A stretch of 64,000 nt of DNA from NCBI RefSeq assembly GCF_036971445.1, contig NC_091477.1:107508001-107572000 (forward strand), in the 5' to 3' direction. The notes under the pieces were generated by a model. It saw only the letters and a list, made by a program, of their open reading frames with translations. It ran no database searches and had not been told where the DNA came from. The stretch's first letter is position 1; the number at the start of each line of letters is the position of its first letter. The position numbers and the translations under genes were made by a program. This document shows positions 1-14,007 of this stretch, in pieces. The stretch comes from Narcine bancroftii. Taxonomy: Eukaryota.

Positions 1-1149
1 CCATTTTGTGCATGGAACAAATTCAGAAAATCAAAATAAAATCTGGGTCAGAATCATATTTAAGCACCTGTCAGTATAATGTTTGTTTACAATATTTATG
101 CCTCCTGAATCAGTAATCCCTATGAATTTGCAGCAAGAATCTGTGCAGATCTGAATTCCAGCTGCTGGGGATTATTGAACCACTATAAATAAATAAATAT
201 TAAGTAGTCAGGAAGCAGGGAAACATTTCAGTGATTCTGTTTGTAAGGCATGAAGTGCATCTTCTTTCACAGCAGGCATGCAGCCCACTTTCCTATGTCC
301 AGAGTTCAGCTATAGCTAGTCAATATCAAATGCTTATTGACACCAGTATTCAAGAGTCACAGGGGATTACCCAATGACAACCATGTTGTCCAGCATCAGC
401 AGACAAATAACAGAATTTATAGCTAGTAAAAGGTATAAAACAGAAAAGTCTGCAGACACCATGATTGAAGTAAAAATTGAAGAATTTATGACTAGTGGGC
501 ATCATGGTAGAATTCAGAGATTACTGGTAAAATGTAGCCACAAAGAATGGCCTTGGTCGAGAGTATAATCCTGTAAGGTTAATTTTTGAGATAATTTTTG
601 TTCATGTTTGATATTGATTATTTAGACTGAAATCAAAAACAATTGAAAGTGATGTCAAATTGGGAGACCCTGAGCATACAAATATTATGGAGAACTGCAA
701 AAATTACAAAATAAAATAAATAAATGCAAAATGCCAAATGAATTTCAAAGGAAAGTATGAGGTAAAAATGGAAACTTGCTGAGAATACCCAGCATGTCTG
801 GCATCATTGAGTAGAAAGAGAAACGAATCAGGACCGAGATTCTTCGTCAGTTAAGATAAAGTATTTCTCTTTCTACAGATGCTTCCTGGCCTGTTGTGTG
901 TTTCCAGCATTTTCTGTTTTTGTTTCAGATTTCCAGTATCTGCAATTTTTTTTCTTATTTTAATTGTAAAGATGCGGTAGCCCATTTTATTAAGAAAAGT
1001 AAGGATAGCATACATTACTCTGGAGCTCGTACAAATGGAATGGAGGATCAAAGGGCTCTAGATGTATATTCATTGCTCTAAAATAATAATGAAGATTTTT
1101 GTCAATTTTAGAAAGCACAATTTGATAAAGGAGGAAAAAGTTAAATTTA

Positions 1150-1385
1150 TATATACAGCACAGTAATTGGCCCTTTTGGCCCACAAACCCATGCTGCCCA
1201 ATTACACACAGTTAACCTATAACTCCAGTATGTTTTTGAACAGTGGGAGAAAACCAGGGCACTCAGAGGAAACCCACGCAAACACGGGAAGAACGTACAA
1301 ACTCCTTACAGACAGCATGGGATTCAAACTCCGGTTGTTGGCGCTGCAACAGCGTTCTGCTAACTGCTATGCTAATCGTGCCGCC
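1150..1385 (-). mobile_element. tRNA-derived SINE (V-SINE/HE1-like)
   Basis: Reverse complement starts GGCGGCACGATTAGCATAGCAGTTAGC; central GTACGTTCTTCCCGTGTTTGCGTGGGTTTCC core; CR1-like 3' tail. Confidence 0.8.
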
Positions 1386-4300
1386 GAAGCTAAAGTTTGA
1401 TCTGAACATTGATGGTGGGGCACTTAGAATGCTTTATATATTCCTGGTCACTATTTAATGAAAAGAATAAAGTGTCTCTGGAGAAGGTGCAGAAAATGAT
1501 TTACATCGTAAACTTGAGAGGTCTTCATGCTTATGAAAGATTTCAAAGACTAGATACAGAGAGAATATTTTCATGTCTGGAAACCAACAAGACAATCAAT
1601 ATGAGAACGAATCACCAGGTAGTAAAATGAGAAATTCAAAAGAACACACTTTATGTGGGAAATATCTGGAACTCACACTGAGTGCACAGCTTCTACTCGA
1701 GAGAAGCTAAATATAGGAATAAGAAAGGAATAAAGAAGTTGTGTTAACCCTTTATCAGTGTGGACAGTTTGACCTTTACCCTGTTCAGATTTCATGTAAT
1801 TAAGTGTTGAATTTTGTGGACAAATTTTTACGGTAAGATTTGGGGGGAGGGGGGAATAGACTATTACGTGCATATTATTTTTAACCGTGGTAAGTACCTG
1901 CATCGTTCAAGGCATTGGGAACTCAGATGGGTAGGTGGGTGGCCAGGACCGGGCGGCGTTCGAGGAATCAGAAGCTAGAATGGGTGTGCAGCTGGGGCCA
2001 AAATAAGGGGGTCAACTTTTACATGGTATAAATTATTACGCATGTATTTATTTTCTAATATGAAATTTATTTTCTAATATGAAAGAGATGTTTGTTGGAA
2101 AATAAGGAACTGTTTTGATCATGAACAGGATCTACAGTATAAAGTTAAAATACATTAACAACCCTGTTAACAAATTTACCTTTAATACAGCATGAATAAA
2201 ATGATACTGTATTAATGAATACATCTTTAAAAAGAGTAAAATGCTATGGAAAATTATCCTGTAAATCATAATTACTTGCCTTATTCTAATATACAGTACA
2301 ATGAAACTCAGGTAGAGATCAACAATGGAAAAAAAAACAAATGACCCAAATATCTGACCAGGCATGATATAACAACTCATTTTCAAGAATCTAGATCTCA
2401 TTTGGTGAAACATTTCAAGGCCTGAGCCTTATTATAGAAAGGAGATTATGTTCTTACCGCGACTTCAATCTTAATGTTACCTTTCACTACGAGCTTGCAG
2501 TCTGATGTTATCTTCCAACATGTGACCCTATGAAATTCTTAATTGCATTGATAGCCACATGCACACAGACGTTAGCCACATGTGTGACTTCTATTGAAGG
2601 ACACTTAGTCATCAGAAGTGATAGTGGTTAAGCCACTAGTGGCACAACCTGATTCATTCTTTAGTTACATCATCCAGCTCAAGGTTGTGTGGGATAGATT
2701 ACCAGGTTCCTTAGAACAGAACTCTGAATTACATGTAGCAATCTTCTTCAAACTATGTTCACCAAAATAAAGGAACAATATAAGCAGGGAATCTAAAAGG
2801 TGATAATTCAGTAAGAAATTAAAATCATAATAAAAATAAATCAGTGAAGTGTAAAATACTGCAAATAGATTTCTAACCTTCCCCCATCATTCATCTTCTT
2901 TCAGATCTTTATTTTCACTTCACCCCCAACTACTAACTTCCTTTATTCCCAGCAAGTAACTCCTTTTGATACTTTTCTTGATGGTATTATTAATAGTTAT
3001 TCTTTCTTGCCTTTTTAAAAATTTATTACCAGACCAATAAATATGCCAGAGCTGCCCTCTTTCTTGCCCAGATAGCATGAATACGGCAACTTGTTACACT
3101 GTCAAAACTAGCTGAAATATCATCACTGAAAGGTGGGGTAAATGTGGTGATGTACAGTTAGTGTTGCAATGGCTGCCATTGATACATTTGCTAAACTATC
3201 TTTGAAACGGGCTGCCAAATTATTTCACTTAATTGTTTCAATTTTTCTTCCATATTTTCTATTGGCAAGTAAGGTAAATTTTCCCAGGTGCAAAATTAGC
3301 TGAAATTAAATCTTTATTTCAATGGTTGATACGCTGGTTAACTTTTCTGTTGACTGCAATGAATGTTCCTGTACAAATTATGCTAGCCATGCTACACGAA
3401 ATTCCTAGTGAACACATCCTTATAGCACAAAACTGTTCTATATTTTCACAACCTGAAACAGACCTCATCACATCTGGTGTTAAAATATCCTCTTTTGTGG
3501 TTCATACCAAGGCAAAGAGTTTAACAAGGTTGGAAAGTTGTTTTTTATATTTGAAATACTTTGAAATGTAATATTCACCACCTGAAATGCATAATGCATT
3601 CCCCACCATAATAGCCAAACTTTGAGAAGCATAAAGACAATCCGACATGTAGCTGAGAAAGCCAATCAAATGACTGCTGAGCCTGTTGGTTTCTCACCCC
3701 AAACACAGGGAATATAAAACCAACCTCACATCAGACAAGAGTTGGTTTTGGGCAGTCCAGTTTAACAAAGAAGTGCTGAGTTGGATGAAATTGAGACAAG
3801 TATTAACCAGAATGATTATGATGAGATTATGCAAATTTGAGTAAATTGGCTAGAGATTTTGAAGTTAGGGAATAATCTAATTAAAATGATTCAAATTATG
3901 ATAAAGTAGATAGGAAAAAGTCTCTGACTGGATTTTGGTAACAGTCAGAATTTTAAAAGCGACAAATTAATTTCAGAAAAAGAGCAAATCAGTGTGTTGA
4001 GTCATGCCCCAAAACTCAGAGTGAATGAAATGGGAGACAGATACTTTCTTAAAATTAAGGGTGTTTAGGTAAATGGAAAATGTCTTGAGAATTTTGATTA
4101 GAGTTATGAAATTTCAGAAATGACTTGATAAATTGAAAATTTAATATAAATGATATTTACCACAGCAATAGCTCAGTTCCAACCTTATCTCTGATGACAA
4201 TGAAGTTGTTTTGAGCTGCAACTGTAAGATGAGATGGTAAAAGAATTATGGAAGTCTACTTTCTTTGTGCTTTTTGTTTTAATTATAATAGCGTCAGGAA

Positions 4301-5976
4301 TCCAGGGGATTGTTTATGTATAAATCGATCTAGATAGTATTGCACTTGTTTCAATCGTAAAAACTTGACGGCAGTATTTTTATGTTTTTTCCTACAATCA
4401 GACGTGAACGAACATGAGTTGTGCCTTTTCTGCAGTTGTTCAATGAACACTCTTCCAGATCATTCACAGGGATGACCACGATGAGAAATGAAGGTGGCGA
4501 AGTTTCTCGGGGCTGAACAGATCCTTTTGTATGTTCCTCGATATCATCGCCTTCCAATAACCTTGAGGAAAGTTATCTACAAATCACTGTCATGAGGCAT
4601 CACTCGTCAGTTTATTCGGAAACAGAATGTCCAAAGGTTTGGGGCATTAAGTTCTGCTTTACCTCCGCGCCATATCGGGGTCCCGCTGAATCCCTCCGTT
4701 GTTCCCGCTTTCATCAATGTCCTTTTACAGCTCTCCCACATCAAAAAAGGTAAGATTTGGTTCACAAAAAAGCCTTGCCGCGACTTCTCTAGCACACAAG
4801 GACTAAAACGCCCAACACAGACTCGTTAGAGAATTTCCAGTGACCCCCTCTCCCCCCTCCAGTCTCTTCCTCCCCTTTCTAACTTCGGAAGCAGGGCTGT
4901 GATGAGACCCTGACGGGCATGACATTCCAGTGGGTAGCAGTGAATCTCCTTAGATTGTTTAAATAACTGAGCTTTTTTTAATTGAGACTAACGGGCTACG
5001 CTATTAATTAATTTGTTTCTGACCTCCATTGGGCCAAAATACCGTTAAATTTGACCTTTGTACAATTGTTACCTGCGGGTCTTTTTTTAAACTCGTTTTA
5101 TTTGAATGCAAATGACTGCAATCCGCACAAAGGAGCAGGGCCAGGCATAATCCGCTTCGCCTGCATTTTATTGCACTTCATGAAATTAGAATTCAGTTAA
5201 AAGGATTTAAAATTCAATTACCCTTCAATATTAATCACACGCTTCAAATCAATGTCACCCCGCAGCATCACTGTCAATATTAATTGCTATGTGGTGGAGA
5301 TACACAATGAAAATCACCACGTTTATGTTCAGAGCGAGGGGACAACAATCTCACATTTGATATTTCACATATGAGACTTCAAACTATGTTTCAATTCCTT
5401 AGTATTTGCAACCTCGATTATTTGACTCATTCCAACTACTTGGGGAATTTCAATGTTGCGAGGATGAACTTCGATGAGGATTTATGTCATAAAATCCTGT
5501 TTATGAAGAAAGAGCTAGAGATGTTCAGGACAGTGGGAATGTTTGCTTCGGCTATTCGATCCATCATGTACTATCTATCAACACCTGGACTGACGGCGAA
5601 TGAGCTTCAAGATCAGTGGCTCTTCGGGGGTTTCCAGTCAATTCCTGATAAAATGCTACTGAAGGTCATTCGTCCGGTCTTCCTTTGCAGGAAAAAAGTG
5701 GAAAGTTGGAGCAATAAATACCCAGAATGAAGAGATGAGAAAGTCGAATACGAATATGCACAGCCCGAAGCCGTTGAGGAGAGCATGGTTCGTGAAAATG
5801 GTACGACTGAGAAATTCAGATTCATGGAACATGTGCGACTCGAAAATCTGCGCAGACATTCTTGGTGTCCACGACAGCGCTGAACAGGACCGTTATGTTT
5901 TGTTCAACTAATTCAAAAGGCCACGCAGACGGATTGAGAAAATAAATCGAATATTGGTCTTTACAGCCTTCAACCA

Positions 5977-5986
5977 TTTATTTATT
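5977..5986 (-). terminator. Probable polyadenylation signal (AATAAATAAA) ending the ~1.1 kb AU-rich CAMK2N2 3' UTR
   Basis: tttatttatt on + at 5977-5986; AU-rich sequence with no recognisable repeats between it and the stop codon. Confidence 0.55.
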
Positions 5987-7076
5987 CACCAAGTACAGTG
6001 AAAATGGTCATAAAATGTACAATGATTCATTCTTAGAATGTCATTACAACTTTTTTTTTGCTCTTATATATCTTGGAATGGTTTCTTCATTTAAAATTAC
6101 GCATCATGTAAACATGCAGATTTAACGAGAATAAGCTTCATAAAATGTTACAAAATTAAATTAAAAAATAAAACACTCCAAAGAGTCCAGAAAAGAGTCA
6201 ACAGCGCATTATTTTAAACTTCTTAAACAGTGCATTAGTATTCCCCATAAACCTTAAATTTCACAAATCCATCAGTAATGCTTAGTTACTATATATATTT
6301 TAAATACAGATTTTTAGCATTGATGTGTGCAAATGAAAATAAGTTAAGGAAACTAAAATGGTCATCAATAACATTCAAGAAGTCTCTTTCCAGTGCTGAT
6401 ACAGGATAGACCAAAGTCAATCAGTCTTTCAAGTCCATGGATCCGGTCCATACATCCTTACCAAAAATGCAAACATTTTGAATGCAATACAATACATAGA
6501 CTAGCATTTGTTTTTACAAAGATTGAGATATAAAAATACAAGTACGAAGAATTCCATTAGAAAGAAGCGTGCCAAACTGTTAATGGCTGTTGGCATCAAT
6601 ATTGGCACCGTGACCGGAAGCTCATGCAACAAGATGATTTTAAAATTTTTATTTTGATGCAAAAAAAATCCTTCCTTTACGCCCGTTGCCCCTTGCTTTC
6701 GTTCTTTCCGCCATCGAGTCGGTTTTGCTGACTGCCATTGTCTCCGATTCAAGAGAGTGTTTGTGGTAAAAGTTGGTGGTCAATTCGGAAATGCACAGCT
6801 CCCCAATCTCGGTGCACTGGCTGAGAGCAGACGATGTTGGGTTGACCTGGTGCTCCATTTCTGTGCGATCGCGAGGACTGAAATACTGAAATGGACAGCG
6901 ACTGTGTGTGTGCATTGGATAATGGTGCCGATATTGACAGCTCCTCAATTTGTGTGCATTTGTTTGGATTGGAGATTCGTCAGCAAGACCCAAAATCTCT
7001 GGAGACAATCCATCAACGCATGCACAGCCCAAAAGTGCTTTCAAAAGTTTGGGAGTCAGGGGATCGCCCTTTCAGC

Positions 7077-7147
7077 TTACACTCCAGACGAGGTTTTGTC
7101 TCCCCTCCCCTTCAGAACATCATCTATTCTGTCGTCTTCGATAACAA
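7077..7147 (-). CDS. CAMK2N2: CaMKII inhibitor (CAMK2N2-like), coding exon 2
   Basis: Acceptor TTTGCAG| at 7148; reads (V)VIEDDRIDDVLKGRGDKTSSGV-TAA. Joined CDS is 240 nt = 79 aa, the CAMK2N2 length, with an intact CN27 inhibitory peptide. Confidence 0.93.
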
Positions 7148-8151
7148 CTGCAAATCAATTATAATCAAATTTAGAGTCTGTTAACAGCAAGAACCCTCAA
7201 CAGCACAAGACAACACGGTCAAATACCGAAAACCGACTCGTTCAATGCCGCATGTGAGGAGCCTTCCATCAGATCCAAGAAGGCTTGGTCAAATAAGGAT
7301 AATTGTATCTCAAATATTACTGAGCGCCGCACCGATGAAGACGGCAAACGAAATGGACTTGGGTATAAACGTGGTTGGGCACCGCCGATGGCAAAATTGT
7401 TAACAAATCATCGAAAAATGTTGCAAGAAAATCTTGCGTTGCAATATTAAATTGTATATATCAATGATCAAAAAAACATATGAGTTTTGGGACTAAGAAG
7501 ATTCCATTGGGATCTAAATACTAGAGGGGAATAAAATAAAACAATTATTTTTACAGTAAATCCGCGAACATTGAGAACAATGAAACGTGTACATTTTGTT
7601 ACTAAATCATTCCAGTCACGGTGATACTTTAGATCTTTAATTTCACATCTTAAGAGTCAGTTTAATTTTAAAGTTCTATGGCGAGTTTAGGGTTGGATGA
7701 CGAAATAAAACTAATTGCATACAAAAAGTAGCTAAATATTGTGTCGGAGTCAAACGATTAAAAGGGGAGCGTTCGGAAGGAGATAGACCCGATGAAGGAG
7801 ACAATCCACCTGTAAATCAACCCAGCCAGGCAAAAGATGCAATGAAATGAATTGACCCGCGTGGAAAAATGAACTCAGAAGTGTTATTATTGGGAAAACA
7901 AATAATTCGGACATCACGTCTCCTTTTGGTTTAAGTCACACAATAATCGCCGAACGAAATCCTTAACTTTTATATCAAGAAGGGAGAAGAGAGAGAGATC
8001 CTGGCAAGAGTGCATGTCAACACCGGCCGGATACCCGAGACGCGAACAGCGGAGGAACCAAGGATAACAGTGGGCAAACGCCGCGGACCGTCCGGATAAA
8101 AGAGGGAAAGCAAATGACCACCTCCACCCTCCCAAACACTGACGGGGTTCA

Positions 8152-8810
<659 letters not shown>

Positions 8811-9532
8811 CCAAGTCTTCTTTATCTATGGGGAGAAGGCACTGATGAAGGTGTTGTTAAAAATCTCATACACCCTTGAGCTGTGCACCAGTTCCAATGA
8901 CAAGAAGGGTTCTGTGGATCACCCACTATTTTAAAGTCATTCTGAGCACGTCCAGAGAGAGAGAAAACATACATTTCAAGTCCTCCAAACGGTTCTCGAT
9001 GCGGATTTCTGCAGACGCTTAAAATATCTTCCGAATTACGTTCGCCGTGTCCCTTTCTCTGTGCAATTCAGACATTGGATCTTCATTTTAGAAACGGTAT
9101 CCTTCATTTAATTGCCCAACTGGTCATGCCTTCAAAACCATTTGTTTCCCAGTGGCCAGTCCGCTCCAGGCGCCGAGGGACAACCGGGAGGTTGGCAACT
9201 GAGCGATTAACTTTCTTTCCAATCCGTTTCAAGCAATAGTGTTGATGCCAACACGGCGGAAACGATTCAGACCCCGGGCCAAGAAGAACTGGCATGAGAT
9301 ATTTAAGTTTATTGGATTCGCACCTCCAGGAGAGTTGGCTCAGTCTAACCGAATAGAATTTCACAGAGCTAATAGTTCAAATTTGACAGAAGAACCATTC
9401 AAGATCATTGCTTTTAGTTGTGAACTACTTCAGTTACCCATTGTCTAGCTGCTATGATGGTTCCAGGCCCCAATTCTACAAGAAAGCTACATTCTATGTT
9501 TCAAAGAATGCCGATTTTTCAATGACCATCTT

Positions 9533-9986
9533 AGATCCAGCTGCGCTGGGTGGGTCACCTCTCCAGAATGGAGGACCATCGCCTTCCCAAGATCCTGTTC
9601 TATGGCGAGCTCTCCACTGGCCACCACGACAGAGGTGCACCCAAGAAGAGGTACAAGGACTGCCTAAAGAAATCTCTTGGTGCCTGCCCCATTGACCACC
9701 GCCAATGGGCTGATCTCGCCTCAAACCGTGCATCTTGGCGCCTCACAGTTCGGCGGGCAGCAACCTCCTTTGAAGAAGACCGCAGAGCCCACCTCACTGA
9801 CAAAAGGCAAAGGAGGAAAAACCCAACACCCAACCCCAACCCACCAATTTTCCCCTGCAACCGCTGCAACCGTGTCTGCCTGTCCCGCATCGGACTTGTC
9901 AGCCACAATCGAGCCTGCAGCTGACGTGGACATTTACCCCCTCCATAAATCTTCGTCCGCGAAGCCAAGCCAAAGAAAAAAAAAAA
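9533..9986 (+). mobile_element. RTE-clade LINE 3' fragment (same family as 11892-14007)
   Basis: Near-identical to 13560-14005, including ...CNRCNRVCLSRIGLVSH and the 3' UTR ending GAAGCCAAGCCAAAGA(A)n. Confidence 0.93.
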
Positions 9987-11891
9987 TTTTATCTGTGTAA
10001 CCAGCTACCTGAAGAGAGCAAGAGCGGCAAGAATCTGGGCCAAAATGGCCTGTTACCATGCTGTATGTCTACATAAATCAGCATAAAACCTTTGATCTTC
10101 CAATTTTAGACTTGTTGTCAGAGTACATACATACTGACAACCCTGAGATTCTTTTTCCTGTGGACAAGGCAGAATTACCACGTATAGACAGTGCAAAAAA
10201 TACTGTACTCAGTGTTTACATGTCAACAAATAAAGAAATAAACAAATAAAGACAGAGGGGAAAAAAAAATCAAGAAAGTGAAAATGTAAGAGTCCTTAAA
10301 TGAATCCCTGATTGAGTTTATTGTTGAGGAGTCCGATGGTGGAGGGGTAGCAGCTGTTCCTGAACCTGGTGGTGCAAGTCTTGTGGTACTGATATCTCTT
10401 TCCTCGTGGTCGCAGTGAGAACAGAGCATGTGCTGGGTGGTGTGGATCCTTTATCCTTTATATCTTTTGGAATACTAGATAGCAATTCTACTAATGCCAG
10501 ACACTGCATCTCTATACCATTACTTTTGACCTTTGCATTATTTTGCTGTATCTAAATTGTTTTGCTTAACCCAAGGTCTTCCACAAGTTCCAGCAAACCT
10601 TTGTCACAGATTGTAAAAGTCAGCCACTCCTTTCTGGTTCTCACTATCAGCTTTGTACCCCTTTATTATTGCTTTCATGCATCTAATCAACCTGCGTCAT
10701 GTGGTATCAGATTGGGCATAATCTCAGTATCCTTTCAAACTCATTCCCACTCCAAAATCTATATTTTTTCCTTCACTGGAGGTGATGACATGAGAAGACC
10801 CATAAGAATTATCCACATATTTATGAATGAAGATATTTACATATGTTTTATACTTGCATTCATAGGTTGTCTGTCATGGAGGAGGGAATGTTTATGTTTT
10901 CTCCCTCTTATTATCATGCCCTTTATCATTCATGTTTAAATTGTTGTTTGTGTGTTCACTGCAGCTGCCTGCTTTGTGTTTTCAGTATTAGCCCTGTTGC
11001 ACAATTAAAGTTTTGCATCTGTTTCACTTAGCATTAGGAGGTAATGAATACAAAGGACTATTGATCATATAGTCCCAGACTGATCTAACTTTCCAATCAG
11101 ATAAGATTTGGGGAAACAATAGAGAAATGATGGAACCCAAACCATTAGAGAGCACTGTTACCTCATCACCCGCCAAAAGGTTATAGAAAACCTGCCACTT
11201 TGTAAGCTTATAGAATGAATGATTCACTTTGCCAGCTATTTGTTAATAAACCAATATGACATCATATTATTGATGGAAAGCTGACCATCATTATAGACCA
11301 TTTTATTTTGCTAAATTCTTACTCGTATGATCAGAAGTACAAAGAAAGGACAGAAAAGCTTTGTCTTCATTGAAAAGGTTATTTCATCATCTGATTGAAA
11401 TCATCTTTTCTGTCTGCCTCCAGAATTTAGTCACTTCAGCATTTAAGAAATATGCTTTGAATGTTGTCTGACATGATAAAACATTGTTGCATTGTAAAAC
11501 CTTAACAATATCTCAAAGACATGTTGTGGGTATATACCTCAACAGGTTGCACCACATTGTTTGGACTTTGGAAGCAAGAAATCCTTTAAGATATATGAGT
11601 CAATTTAAACACTTGCAAGAACATGTTGTTTTCCTTTATCCAATGGTGGTAATGACCCTGACGCAAAGTCCTGCTTTCACCTGGAATTTAAACTTTAAAT
11701 TTCTAAAAATATTATATATGAAAATGTGCTGGCTCACAAGGCGTTATCTTTAATAATTTTGTTTAAATCTAGGGTGTAAAATGAGTTGAGACAGAGGCAA
11801 ACCATGTAATATGTATGCGATTATGAAATGTAGATGTAAGTAGAGGTAATGCCAATTTGGCCTTTTCATGGTGAAATAATGTATCTTGCTG

Positions 11892-14007
11892 GTTTTCGTG
11901 CAGTTGGATAATCATGTTGAGGAACTTTGGGGGACATCCGATGCGCTCTAGTATTTGCCAAAGCCCTTTCCTGCTCACGGTGTCGAAGGCTTTGGTGAGG
12001 TCAACAAAGGTGATGTAGAGTCCTTTGTTTTGTTCTCTACACTTTTCTTGGAGCTGTCTGAGGGCAAAGACCATGTCAGTGGTTCCTCTGTTTGCGCGAA
12101 AGCCGCACTGTGATTCTGGGAGAATATTCTCAGCGACACTAGGTATTATTCTATTTAGTAGAATCCTAGCGAAGATTTTGCCTGCAATGGAGAGCAACGT
12201 GATTCCCCTGTAGTTTGAGCAGTCCGATTTCTCGCCTTTGTTTTTGTACAGGGTGATGATGGTGGCATCACGAAGATCCTGAGGCAGTTTACCTTGGTCC
12301 CAACAAAGCTTGAAAAACTCATGCAGTTTGGCATGCAGAGTTTTGCCGCCAGCCTTCCAGACTTCTGGGGGGATTCCATCCATACCTGCTGCTTTGCCAC
12401 TTTTCAGTTGTTCGATTGCCTTATATGTCTCATCCAGGGTGGGAACCTCATCCAGCTCTAGCCTTAGGGGCTGTTGAGGGAGCTGGAGCAGGGCGGAATC
12501 TTGGACTGAGCGGTTGGTACTGAAAAGAGATTGGAAGTGTTCTGACCATCGGTTGAGGATGGAGATCTTGTCGCTGAGGAGGACTTTGCCGTCTGAGCTG
12601 CGCAGCGGGCTTTGGACTTGGGGTGAGGGGCCGTACACAGCCTTTAGAGCCTCGTAGAAACCCCTGAAGTCGCCAATGTCCGCGCTGAGCTGTGTTCGTT
12701 TGGCGAGGCTAGTCCACCACTCATTTTGGATCTCCCGGAGTTTGCGCTGAAGACGAAAACCAACAAGGTCGGGTCAGATACAGCAATGAGCTCTCTGAAC
12801 CCTTCTCCATTAACAATGGCGTGAAGCAAGGCTGTGTTCTCGCACCAACCCTCTTTTCAATCTTCTTCAGCATGATGCTGAACCAAGCCATGAAAGACCC
12901 CAACAATGAAGACGCTGTTTACATCCGGTACCGCACGGATGGCAGTCTCTTCAATCTGAGGCGCCTGCAAGCTCACACCAAGACACAAGAGAAACTTGTC
13001 CGTGAACTACTCTTTGCAGATGATGCCGCTTTAGTTGCCCATTCAGAGCCAGCTCTTCAGCGCTTGACGTCCTGCTTTGCGGAAACTGCCAAAATGTTTG
13101 GCCTGGAAGTCAGCCTGAAGAAAACTGAGGTCCTCCATCAGCCAGCTCCCCACCATGACTACCAGCCCCCCCACATCTCCATCGGGCACACAAAACTCAA
13201 AACGGTCAACCAGTTTACCTATCTCGGCTGCACCATTTCATCAGATGCAAGGATCGACAATGAGATAGACAACAGACTCGCCAAGGCAAATAGCGCCTTT
13301 GGAAGACTACACAAAAGAGTCTGGAAAAACAACCAACTGAAAAACCTCACAAAGATAAGCGTATACAGAGCCGTTGTCATACCCACACTCCTGTTCGGCT
13401 CCGAATCATGGGTCCTCTACCGGCACCACCTACGGCTCCTAGAACGCTTCCACCAGCGTTGTCTCCGCTCCATCCTCAACATCCATTGGAGCGCTCACAC
13501 CCCTAACGTCGAGGTACTCGAGATGGCAGAGGTCGACAGCATCGAGTCCACGCTGCTGAAGATCCAGCTGCGCTGGATGGGTCACGTCTCCAGAATGGAG
13601 GACCATCGCCTTCCCAAGATCGTATTATATGGCGAGCTCTCCACTGGCCACCGTGACAGAGGTGCACCAAAGAAAAGGTACAAGGACTGCCTAAAGAAAT
13701 CTCTTGGTGCCTGCCACATTGACCACCGCCAGTGGGCTGATAACGCCTCAAACCGTGCATCTTGGCGCCTCACAGTTTGGCGGGCAGCAGCCTCCTTTGA
13801 AGAAGACCGCAGAGCCCACCTCACTGACAAAAGGCAAAGGAGGAAAAACCCAACACCCAACCCCAACCAACCAATTTTCCCTTGCAACCGCTGCAATCGT
13901 GTCTGCCTGTCCCGCATCGGACTGGTCAGCCACAAACGAGCCTGCAGCTGACATGGACTTTTTACCCCCTCCATAAATCTTCGTCCGCGAAGCCAAGCCA
14001 AAGAAAG
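11892..14007 (+). mobile_element. RTE-clade LINE, 5'-truncated with 5' inversion; 14-bp TSD
   Basis: Inverted segment 11892-12752 encodes the RT N-half (NYRGITLLS, ESQCGFR, FVDLTKAFD); direct segment 12753-14007 encodes the RT C-half (VKQGCVLAP, LFADD) and a C-terminal Cys/His finger; (AAGA)n tail; TSD AATGTATCTTGCTG at 11878-11891 and 14008-14021. Confidence 0.95.

Noticed and set aside
4351-5730. Short ORFs with faint resemblance to VWA5B N-terminal peptides (HVRS..., FDEDL..ILF)
   Set aside because: The matches are only a few residues, lie on opposite strands and lack consistent splice sites; likely chance
6649-7184. Overlapping 64-135 aa ORFs in the CAMK2N2 3' UTR and on the antisense strand
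   Set aside because: No recognisable homology; explained by the UTR and antisense of exon 2
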